A stretch of DNA of 64,000 bases. Source: Mobula hypostoma (lineage: Eukaryota). The DNA is taken from the NCBI RefSeq assembly GCF_963921235.1, contig NC_086109.1, positions 3,474,001 through 3,538,000 on the forward strand, written 5' to 3'. The first letter of the stretch is position 1, and every line of letters starts with the position of its first letter. Shown here one piece after another: positions 39,003 through 50,453 of this stretch. A program made the position numbers and the translations under genes. The notes under the pieces were generated by a model. It saw only the letters and a list, made by a program, of their open reading frames with translations. It was not told the origin of the DNA and did no database searches.

Positions 39003-39470
39003 GTGGCCAGTGTGTGTGCTGGGGCAGCAGGCTGAGGGTAGCAGACACCAACAGAATCAACAAACTCATTCGTAAGGCCAGTGATGTTGTGGGGATGGAA
39101 CTGGACTCTCTGACGGTGGTGTCTGAAAAGAGGATGCTGTCTAAGTTGCATGCCATCTTGGACAATGTCTCCCATCCACTACATAATGTACTGGTTGGGC
39201 ACAGGAGTACATTCAGCCAGAGACTCATTCCACCGAGATGCAGCATTGAGCGTCATAGGAAGTCATTCCTGCCTGTGGCCATCAAACTTTACAACTCCTC
39301 CCTTGGAGGGTCAGACACCCTGAGCCAATAGGCTGGTCCTGGACTTATTTCCCGGCATAATTTACTTATTACTATTTAACTATTTATGGTTTTATTACTA
39401 TTCATTATTTATGGTGCAACTGTAATGAAAACCAATTTCCCCCGGGATCAATAAAGTATGACTATGACTA
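39003..39470 (+). mobile_element. Young Rex1/Babar LINE 3' end inserted in a (TA)n tract inside an older Rex fragment (~38660-39795)
   Basis: Open frame CWGSRLR...NKLIRKAS...SHPLH...PRCSIERHRKSFLPVAIKLYN; (tatgac)n tail; (TA)n on both sides. Confidence 0.8.
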
Positions 39471-41629
39471 TATATATATTTACTGCAATTCACAGTTTTT
39501 ATATATTATACTCAAAATACTCAAAATAATCTGCAGATGCTGGGGTCAAAGCAGCACTCACAACACGCTGGAGGAACTCAGCAGGTCGGGCAGCATCCGT
39601 GGAAACGATTAGTCAATGTTTCGGGCCGGAAACCTTCGTCCTGACGAATCATCCTGATTCAATTCCATAGATGCTGCCCGACCTGCTGAGTTCCTCCAGT
39701 GTGTTGTGAGTATTATATATTATGCTATCATGTATTGCCACTAAATTAACAAATTTCACAACATATGCTGGTAATATTAAACTGATTCTGATCCTAAACT
39801 CAGCAGGTCAGGCAGCATCTATGGAATTGAATAATCAGTCGACGTTTCAGGCCGAGATCCTACCGCTGGGCCTGGTTCTGCGAAAAAAATCAACAAAAAA
39901 ACATTGAACTGGTTTGCTTTTGGGAAGGACTTAAAGCAAGCAGAAAGCATTTTGCTAATTCTTTACCACACAGGAAGATTTTACAGAATAATATTCGGGG
40001 ATGGTTGTTGGTTGTGTCACACGGCCCGTTATTTTGACAATTGCTGATTTACATGCTATTTTAACTATTGTTCTGGTACCTAAACGAAATTTGGCTCTGA
40101 AAGCCAGGAAGTACAGTGGTTTCCTGTGGCTTCCTGCAGCCTCTGGCCAAACACGCAACTGGTGACAAAAGGCAAACTTGGAACTTTATCATGACTTTTA
40201 AGTGCCCAAGTCTCCTCAATCTCTAATGATTACTGTTCTGTCCTTCTACCATGGATATAATAACAGTTTGGCATAGATTAGATGGGCCAAATGGCCTGTT
40301 TCTGTGCTTTAGTGCACTATGTCTTTCCCCTTGATACCGGTACCACATCTATCTACTGCATGAGTTTCTAGTCGTTGCTTGGGCTCAGACACCATCCTTA
40401 AATTGGGAGACCTCAAGCAGGATGCCCTGAAGGTTAGCTTGCGGGTTGAGTCGGTGGTGAGGAAGGCAAATGCCATGCTAGCATTCATTTCCAGAGGACT
40501 AGAATGTAAAATCAAGGCTGCAATGCTGAGGTTTTATAAAGCACTGGTAAGGCCTCACTTGGAGTATTGTGAGCAGTTTTGGGCCCCTTATCTAAGAAAG
40601 AATGTGCTGACATTGGAGACAGTTGAAAGGAGGTTCACAAAAATTATGCTGGGATTGAAAGGCCTATCATATGAAGAGTGTTTGATAGCTCTGGGCCTGT
40701 ACTCACTGGAATTCAGAAGAACGTGGGGCAGGGTGGTCTCACTGAAACCTCTCAAACGTTAAAGGCCTCGATAGAGTGGATGTGGAAAGGATGTTTCCCT
40801 TGGTGGGAGAGTCTAAGACCAGAGGACACTCCTCTAAGTGTGTGATGTTGTCCGTGCCATCATTGGCCCTGACACCAGTTTAATTCTGGCGCTCTTGTTC
40901 GAGGCTGAGCTGAAGCTGAAAGCTAGTGAAACAGGTTGAGGTGAGAGTTATTTCATCTGGGAGACTCAGACAACTGTGACCAATCCTTCGAAACTACAGG
41001 GTGTCTGGGGCCCCATCTGGATGTGCATTTTATTAGAAACCCTGGGAGTCTGAGAACATCGAATTCGAAGTGTCACTGATTAATTTGTTTCGTACATTAC
41101 AATATTTAATTTGTGCTTTACTTTGTTTATCTATGTATAATTCATTTGTAGATTTAATTCTTACTTTCCTAAGTTATTAATGTGTTTTATGTGTACTACT
41201 GTGCTTTACACCCTGGTCCGAAGAAATGTCTTGTTTGACAGTACACATGTTTATAGCTAAATGACAGTAAACTTGACTTGGCATGGACACTGATCTAAAA
41301 TAAAAGATGCCAAAAAAACTGGGTAATACCCAGCAGGTCAGACAGTATTGGTGGAGGGAGAAGCAGTTAATCTTCCAGGTCGAGAGCCCTTCATTTAATT
41401 TTGTGGGGATAACTTAGACTGATGGGTCAAGAGCAGGGTGAGAATTTGCATTATTATCTGAGAGAGTCCTGGACATGGAATGGTGAGTTTGTTTTTCTCT
41501 CTCTACAGATGCTGAGTTTCTCCAGCATTTTCTGTTTTTGTATTGTCTGCCCAGTGTGAGAGGAGAGAAGTGGGAATATCCAGGATGGGTGGGGGTTTTG
41601 ATGATACTGTCTGCGACTCCCCGCGTCCA

Positions 41630-41660
41630 GTGGAGAAGGCCTGTCCTGGGGTCAGAGGCC

Positions 41661-41692
<32 letters not shown>

Positions 41693-42295
41693 TGTGTGTG
41701 TGTGGGAAGATGGGGCCTATCCTGGGGTTGGAGGCCTGTCTCTGTGTGTGAGTGGCTGGGTGGGAAGATGGGGCCTGCTCTGGGGTTGGAGATCTGTCTG
41801 TGTGTGTGAGTGGCTGGGAGGGAAGGTGGGGCTTGCTCGTGGGTCAGAGGTGTGTGCGCGCATGTGTGCGCAACACATTTGGCATGGACTAGAGGGGCTG
41901 TGTGTGTGTCTGAAGGTATGGCCTTGCTCTGGGGTAGAGGTGGGGCCTGCTCTGGGATTGGAGGGCGGTCTGAGTGTGAGTGGGTGAGTAGGTGGGTGGG
42001 AGGGAAGGTGGGCCTGCTTGGGGGTCAGAGGCCTGTCGGTGTGTGAGTGGGTGGGAGGGAAGATGGGCCTGCATGGGGGTCAGAGGCCTGTCTGTGTGTG
42101 AGTGAGTGGGAGGGAAGGTGGGCCTGCTCTGGGATCGGAGGCCTGTCTGTGAGTGAGTGGGTGGGTGGGAAGGTGGGCCTGCACGGAGGTCAGAGGCCTG
42201 TCTGTGTGTGAGTGGGTGGGAGGGAAGGTGGGACCTGCACGGGGGTCGGAGGGCGGAATGAGTGTGTGAGTGGGTGGTTGGGAGGGAGGGAAGGA
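41630..42295. repeat. G-rich ~55-60-bp minisatellite, about 10 copies, starting with a (TG)n tract
   Basis: Unit gaggcctgtctgtgtgtgagtgggtgggagggaaggtgggcctgctctggggtca. Confidence 0.85.
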
Positions 42296-42916
42296 GTTTG
42301 TTGTTTTGTTTTGTTGTTGGTTTGGAATGTGTGATGACTTGTGGGCTGCCCCCAGAACATACTTAGGTTGCATTGGTTGTTAACACAAACATCGCATTTC
42401 ACAATATGTTTCAGAATCAGTTTTAATATCACCAGCATGTGTCATGAAATTTGTCGTTTTGTGGCAGCAGTACATTGTCATACATGATGAAAACTGTAAA
42501 TTACAGCAAGAAGTATATATATTTTTTAAAGGTTAAATTAGATAAGTCGTGCAAAAGAAGAAAAAAAGTAGTGAGGTAGTATTCATGGGTTCAATGTCCA
42601 TTCAGAAATCAGATGGCAGAGAGGGGAAGAAGCTGTTCCAGAATGATTGAGAGTGTCTCGTGGCTCCTGTACCTCCTTCCTGATGGTGGCAATGAGAAGA
42701 GGGCATGACCTGGGTGATGGGGGTCCTTAACGACGGACGCCCCCTTTCTGAGACATCGCTCCATGAAGGTGTTCTGGCTGCTGGGGAGGCTGGTGCCCAT
42801 GACGGTGCGGACAAGTACACTGGATAAATAAATGAAACTGAATCTGACCTTGGGCTATTCATTGGGCAACATGAGGTCTGTGCGTAGATGAAGATTCAAT
42901 ACTCCTAGTCCTCCAG

Positions 42917-43306
42917 TGTGGTAAACTATATATATAATATGTTGTAAACACAAGGAATTCTGCAGATGCTGGAAATTCAAGCAACACACATCAAAGTTGC
43001 TGGTGAACACAGCAGGTCAGGCAGCATCTCTAGGAAGAGGTACAGTCGACGTTTCAGGCCGGGACCCTTCGTCAACCCTGTGTGTTGCATATATATGTTG
43101 TAACTGGGTTAACTGTCTGGACACGCCCCTCTGCTGACTGCCCCTGTGGCTCCTCCCACAGAGCCCTGAATAAAGGCGATTTTGCCCTGCTCCTCCCCCT
43201 CAGACCAGGGGCAGACACCTCAGCATGGAGGTCACGTTTTACTGCGAATAAAGGCCTTTCAGTATTTACCCTACTTCAGTCTTTTGGAATTATTGAAGGT
43301 GCTTCA
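42917..43306 (+). mobile_element. Solo LTR with a nested Penelope fragment (~42946-43074)
   Basis: Begins TG and ends CA; 5-bp TSD tccag at 42912-42916 and 43307-43311; two AATAAA motifs inside. Confidence 0.7.
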
Positions 43307-45032
43307 TCCAGTACCCCCCCCCCCCTGTATTTTCACATGACAGTGGATTTGTGAGAATGCTTTACAATCAGTGTGTGGTTATGTTGCCCATTTTAGCTTT
43401 GAGGGACCATCTCAGACCTGAGTTGGAGGTACTGTATATTATGTTTATTAGAGAACAGTCCTGGGCCCCCAGTCTCCCTTGGGACTCTGCAGCATGTGAA
43501 CCTGAGTCTTACTGTGTTCTGAGCATGTTAGAGGTACCTGATTTTTTTTGAAGAATTATTGTAGAGTGTGGGCTTTTCTGTATCTATCATATCCTGGTTT
43601 ATTAATGTGACATTATTCTGTGTTTAATGAATGTTTGCAGGTGTGAGTACACTTCCTGTCTCAAATAGGGCTTCTTCAGAGACACTTAGGGAAATTTGAA
43701 TGGAGATCAAGTTACAGGGTCGCTTCCTCTTTCTTCACTTGCTTTTTATTTAAATGTAAAACAGAAAACCCTGTAAAATTTTCACTGACATCGTGTACCT
43801 TAAACATGGATCTGCAAGTCTTTACTACACCTACATTAATTATGGGCAGTGAACCCATGTCTCTGGTTTATATTTAATCTGTTGTGGATCCAGGTCAGTC
43901 TTGTACTTTAAATACTGCTATGGATGTGATCTAAAGTTAATGTTTGTAACTTGCTGCTAAATGTGAATCTGTCGTGCCAAAAGTTGACTGCCTTGTGCAG
44001 GGGACCCAACTTTCAGCCAGAGGAACAGAATTTGGCCATTCACCCCCTCGAGTCGGAGAGGTGAATCTGTGGAAGTTTTGCCACGGGCGGCTGTGGAGGC
44101 CACGTGATTGGGTATATTTAAGGCAGAGGTTGATAGATTTTTGACTAGTCAGGGCATGAAGGGATACGGGGAGGCGATAGGAAATTGGGGCTGCTGAGAA
44201 GGAAAATGAATCGATTAGCAATGATGAAATGGCAGAGTAAGCTCACTAGGCCAAATGGCCTAATTCTGCTCCTATATCTTAGAGCCTTATGGAGTCTGTT
44301 CCACTATTCAAACATGGTTAATTTATTTTCCCTCTCAGCCTCATTCTCCTGCCTTCTCCCCGTATCCTTTGAAACTCTGACTAATCAGGAACCTATCGGT
44401 CTCTGCTTTAAATATACCCAACAACTTGGCCTCCACAGCCGCCTGTGGCAACAAATGGCACAGATTCACCACTCTCTAAGTCCTTGTTGTTTCTCGTGAG
44501 ATACAGGACTGTTTGGAGTAAAGGGTCTGACCTGCTGGAAAGGGTGTGAAGTCCCTGAAACCAGCAGGCTGGAAGCGTACGACAGTGTAAAACGGAGTAC
44601 AAACCAGTGGTGGAAAGGCAGGGATTATTTTTGATTAATGGCCGAACTGTCGCCTTGCAAAATGTCTTGGATATCTTGTTGAAACAATTATAAAATATTC
44701 ACAGCTCTTCATCCTGAAACATTAATTCTGTTTCTACAGAAGCTGCTTTAACCTGCTGAGAGGTTTCCGGCATCTTCTGCTTTTATTTCAGCGCTTGCAG
44801 TTCTTAAATTTTCAGTTAAGTGCTCAGAACAGCCATCCCATGTAACCTTCATGTGCACACAGAATGTCGAAGCCACCAGCAAGCGGTTCACGGACTGGCC
44901 ATCCATTATTCGAGAGTCACAGTGTAAACAGGCCATTTGGCCCATCGGCTCCTGCTAACCAATAACAACTGATTTACAGTAACCTTACAGAAAACCTATT
45001 ATTTATTCTGCCCATTAATGCCCCACAAATAA

Positions 45033-48000
45033 CACTGGACAACAAAGTCTTTCGAAAGTGTTGCTTCCTCAGAATTTTTTTTTGCTTATAATAGACTGCT
45101 TGAAGCTGAACACAAATATAATTTCAGACTACTTGTATCATGAATTTGGAGCAATTAACTTCTATTGAATATAATTAAGTTATATTTTATTGAATATAGT
45201 TTAATTACAGAATGATGCTGACACTTTGCAACTGTGTTCAACTAAGCTAAAAATGTTTTGTTGATGATTTTCGTTTGTGCTTGGTGTCTGAGGCTTCTCG
45301 CTTAAGTGTCCAACTGTAATCAAACAGCCCTGATGGGTTCCAGTTGCCCTGATACAGTTTCTCCATGACCGCAATGTCCTGGTGAAACCTTTCACCGTGC
45401 TCATCACTGACAGCACCAAGATTTGCAGGGAATGCAGAAAGTGGATCTTTAGTGACATGTTGCATTTCACAGTTTTGTATGCTTGGATCATGTTGTCAAC
45501 CAGATAGTTTGGTGCTCTGTAGTTACAAGAAAAATTTGAACAACACTCTTGATTGCCTTCCATGTGATTTTCTCTGGTCCCACTGGAAGTTCTTCAAATT
45601 ACCTGTCACTGATGACCTGTTTGATTTGTGGACCAACAATAATACCTTCCTTAATCTTGGCATCAATTATTCCGAGTTGACATAGATATAGACATAGAAC
45701 ATAGAATAGTACAGCACAGTACAGGCCCTTCGGCCCACAATGTTGTGCCGATCCTCAAACCCTGCCTCCCATATAACCCCCCACCTTAAATTCCTCCATA
45801 TACCTGTCCAGTAGTCTCTTAAACTTCACCAGTGTATCTGCCTCTACCACTGACTCAGGCAGTGCATTCCACACAGCAACCACTCTCTGAGTAAAAAACC
45901 TTCCTCTAATATCCCCCTTGAACTTCCCACCCCTTACCTTAAAGCCATGTCCTCTTGTATTGAGCAGTGGTGCCCTGGGGAAGAGGCGCTGGCTATCCAC
46001 TCTATCTATTCCTCTTAATATCTTGTACAACTCTATCATGTCTCCTCTCATCCTCCTCCTCTCCAAACAGTAAAGCCCTAGCTCCCTTAATCTCTGATCA
46101 TAATCCATACTCTCTAAACCAGGCAGCACCCTGGTCAATCTCCTCTGTATTCTTTCCAATGCTTCCACATCCTTCCTATAGTGAGGCGACCAGAATTGGA
46201 CACAGTACTCCAAGTGCGGCCTAACCAGAGTTTTATAGAGCTGCATCATAACCTCGCCATTCTTAAACTCTATCCCTTGATTTATGAAAGCTAACACCCC
46301 ATAACTTTCTTAACTACCCTATCTACCTGCGAGGCAACTTTCAGGGATCTGTGGACATATACACCCAGATCCCTCTGCTCCTCCACACTACCAAGTATCC
46401 TGCCATTTACTTTGTACTCTGCCTTGGAGTTTGTCCTTCCAAAGTGTAGCACCTCACACTTCTCCAGGTTGAACTCCATCTGCCCACTTTTGCATCCTAT
46501 CAATGTCTCTCTGCAATCTTCAACAATCCTCTACACTATCTACAACACCACCAACCTTTGTGTCATCTGCAAACTTGCCAACCCATCCTTCTACCCCCAC
46601 ATCCAGGTCATTAATAAAAATCACGAAAAGTAGAGGTCCCAGAACAGATCCTTTGGGACACCACTTGTCACAATCCTCCAATCTGAATGTACTCCCTCCA
46701 CCACGACCCTCTGCCTTCTGCAGGCAAGCCAATTCTGAATCCACCTGGCCAAACATCCCTGGATCCCATGCCTTCTGACTTTCTGAATAAGCCTACCATG
46801 TGGAACCTTGTCAAATGCCTTATTAAAATCCATGTAGGTCACATCCACTGCACTACCCTCATCTATATGCATGGTCACCTCCTCAAAGAACTCTATCAGG
46901 CTTGTTAGACACGATCTGCCCTTCACAAAGCCATGCTGACTGTCCCTGATAGACCATGATTCTCTAAATGCCTATAGATCCTATCTCTAAGTATCTTTTC
47001 CTACAGCTTTCCCACCACAGACGTAAGGCTCACTGGTCTATAATTACTCGGACTATCCCTACTACCTTTTTTGAACAAGGGGACAACATTCACCTCCCTC
47101 CAATCCTCTGGTACCATTCCCATGAACAACAAGGACATAAAGATCCTAGCCAGAGGCTCAGCAATCTCTTCCCTCACCTCATGGAGCAGCCGGGGGAATA
47201 TTCCGTCAGGCCCCGGGGACTTACCTGTCCTAATGTATTTTAACAACTCTAACACCTCCTCTCCCTTAATATCAACATGCTCCAGAACATCAACCTCACT
47301 CATATTGTCCTCACCATCATCAAGTTCCCTCTCATTGGTGAATACCGAAGAGAAGTATTCATTGAGGATTTCGCTCACTTCCACAGCCTCCAGGCACATC
47401 TTCCCACCTTTATCTCTAATCGGTCCCACCTTCACTCCTGTCATCCTCCTGTTCTGCACATAATTGAAGAATGCCTTGGGGTTTTTTTTTACCCTACTCG
47501 CCAAGGCCTTCTCATGCCCCCTTCTTGCTCTTCTCAGCCCCTTCTTAAGCTCCTTTCTTGCTTCCCTATATTCCTCAATAGACCCATCTGATCCTTGCTT
47601 CCTAAACCTCATGTATGCTGTCTTCTTCCATCTGACTAGATTTTCCACCTCACTTGTCACCCATGGTTCCTTCACCCTACCATTCTGCATCTTAATTTAT
47701 CCCTAACATCCTGCAAGAGATCCCTAAACACCGACCACATGTCCATAGTACATTTCCCTGCAAAAACATCATCCCAATTCACACCTGCAAGTTCTAGCCT
47801 TATAGCCTCATAATTTGCCTTTCCCCAATTAAAAATTTTCCTGTCCTCTCTGATTCTATCCTTTTCCATGATAATGCTAAAGGCCAGGGAACGGTGGTCA
47901 CTGTCCCCCAGATGCTCACCCACTGAGAGATCTGTGACCTGACCTGGTTCGTTACCTAATACTAGATCTAGTATGGCATTCCCCCAGTCGGCCTGTCAAC

Positions 48001-48415
48001 GTACTGTGACAAGAATCCGCCCTGGACACATTTAACAAATCCTGCCCCGTCTAAACCATTGGAATGAATCAGGTGCCAATCAATATTAGAGAAATTAAAG
48101 TCAACCATGATAACAACCCTGTTATTTTTGCACCTTTCCAAAATCTGCCTCCCAATCTGCTCCTCGGTATCTCTGCTGCTACCAGGGGGCCTATAGAATA
48201 CACCCAATAGAGTAACTGCTCCCTTCCTGTCCCTGACTTCCACCCATAATGACTCATAATTCATACTGAATTATGAATTGAAATAACAAATATAGGTGAT
48301 TTTAAAAAATGGTGTGTGATAGGGAAATTTCATGGTGATTTTCACGATCAGCATCCCAAAATCCATAAGATTCACCTGAAAGCATTCGAGGAAACAAAAT
48401 CTTTGTTGTCCATTG
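45033..48415 (-). mobile_element. Chapaev3-like (CMC superfamily) DNA transposon, internally deleted, split by a CR1 insertion
   Basis: TIR CACTGGACAACAAAG (45033-45047) versus CTTTGTTGTCCATTG (48401-48415), one mismatch; TAA on both flanks. Minus-strand transposase remnant DAKIKEGIIVGPQIKQ...NMSLKIHFLHS...NLGAVSDEHGERFHQDIAVMEKLYQG. The family name is from recall of these motifs. Confidence 0.75.
45681..48256 (-). mobile_element. ~2.6-kb CR1 LINE (end of APE endonuclease, RT and 3' tail) with a few frameshifts and deletions
   Basis: ORF pieces [79 protein letters not shown] and LEYCVQFWSP; (ttctatg)n tail at ~45681-45710. Confidence 0.92.
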
Positions 48416-49926
48416 TAATATTAATACCCCCATTGTGCTGGTGGATATCTGCAGGCCCAGTGGTATTGAAGTAACCGTGAGGTGGAGGCAGGCAGGCCAG
48501 TGGCATGAGCAGGGAAGTTCCAGACGGAATGGAATGAAAAATGATGGGTCACCTGGTCTGGTTTAAAATAAAAATGTAAGGTCAGTATTTTTAAATAGTG
48601 AGAGGTTGAAAATTTTTGGGTTTAGGAGAGGTGTGGGTGACCTGGTATGTTAGCTTTTGAGCAGTCATGTACAAGCACACAAAGAATTAGAAAAACATAT
48701 CTAAGTTTCACTGCCAGAGGAGTTGGTTTATTACTGTCGAATGTAGAGTGAAAGCTACTGTACACACAGATCAAGTCATTACACTGTGCTTTTCAGGTAG
48801 AACAAGGTGAAACAACCTCAATGCAGAAAAAGAATGTCACTTTCCTGCAGATCAGACTCTTTACCCCAAACAGTTCTACATCTTACAAACAGTGTGGGAC
48901 ACAGCAAGGACTCCGTGAACAGTAAGACGGTGGGGGTAGTTAATCTGGGGAATTAATTGCCACTGACGGAGGCCAAACAGAGAAAGTGTGGTGCAAGGAA
49001 ATAAGAGAAGTGCAAGATCACAACGAGGTGGATTGTGAGGTCCAGCTTACCGTCCAAGAGTTTGATGACAGTGGGGTGAAGCTATCCTCAAACCTGGTGG
49101 TACGTGCTTTCAGACTTTTGAATCTTCTGCACAATGGGAGAGGGGTGAAGAGAGAATGGGGATGTTGGCTTCCATCATGCGCTGAGCTGTGTCCATAGCC
49201 CTCTGCAGATCGGCCGTACTGCACTGTGTACAGCTCTGGCGAGCATACGTTTGCAATGTTATAGATAGGTTGATAGTTTTATCTAACTCATGTCAGAATG
49301 AGTTAGATAAAAACATACTGTAATAGTTTCCACAGCAACGTGAAAAATTAAAGATAAGTGAGGGTAAATGTGAGTGATTTACAGTCAGACAGAACTTGGT
49401 AACAGCAAATACAGAGGGGGCAGAGAAATTAAAATCTGACTTTGTGTCTCCATTCACAGTAGAAATACTGGGGAAGGAAGAGCACATTGCAGTGACAAAA
49501 GCCAAACCAATTAATATTAATAACTGTGAGAGAAAGTTAACAAACTTTGTCAGCAGAGATTAGAAAGAGAGGCAGTCTACACATTGCTGAGAGTACAGTA
49601 CAGACCTTCCAACAGTCAACAGCAGATGAAGGACAGATATGTAAACAGGTACTGGAGATAGGCAATAAAAATAGGATTATCGTACTGGGAGATTGCAATT
49701 TCCAGAATATTAACTGGGATTATTTTAGCGTTAAAGGCTCAGAGGGGCTGGAATTTCCGAGGGGTATCCAGACAACAACTTTAGTAGATGGATCAGTGAA
49801 GGAGCATGGTTGGGTTATGTAGCTGGACAAGCAGAGGGAAGCATTTTGGAAAGAGTGACCATCTTTTCCGGGGTGGTTATGGAAACGGATAGCGATGGAA
49901 CAGTAAATAAGGTCTTCCTTATTCCA

Positions 49927-50453
49927 CAGACATCCCACCCTGCAAAAACTCATTTCAGGAAGGTAACACCATCAATTTGCGGGAGACTCCCGGAACTTTC
50001 GGGAGAGATGGGATGTCTGCAATAGAGTCGCTCCTTAGCAGCTAGCCAGCTAGTTTAAATAACATTAGCTATGCTAATGAACGAATGACACCTGTTAAAG
50101 TCACCTCAGTATGTCTTTTACATCTTAACCCACATGGGCAATAGAAAAGTCACTGTTGCAAACAGTGCAGCAAGCAACGCTGTCATTATTTTTGACCCTA
50201 TTAGGCAGGGGTACACTTTAGTGTAGCCTGGAGTGATGTACATTTTACATTTTCCTTTTTTGGAACACTCTCTCGTGGTCACTCTCTCGCACTCTCGCTC
50301 GCATTCTGTCTCGCTCTCGCGCTCTCTCTTCTTTTTCTCTCTCACTCTCAAAAAAATTGATTTCTGTGATATTGTATACAATTTGCAGGCAGCAGAGAGC
50401 CATTATTTATATGTGGGAGACTCCCAGAACTTCCAGGAGAGGTGGGATGTCTG
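49927..50453. mobile_element. Non-autonomous DNA transposon (hAT-like MITE)
   Basis: Perfect 13-bp TIR CAGACATCCCACC/GGTGGGATGTCTG and subterminal GGGAGACTCCC motifs; no TSD recognised. Confidence 0.6.

Noticed and set aside
41538..42438. ORFs rich in VCVC/THTH
   Set aside because: Translations of micro- and minisatellites; the same applies to 62387-62730.
45681..48256. Active autonomous LINE
   Set aside because: It is 5'-truncated inside the endonuclease, and ORF2 is broken by frameshifts and internal deletions.
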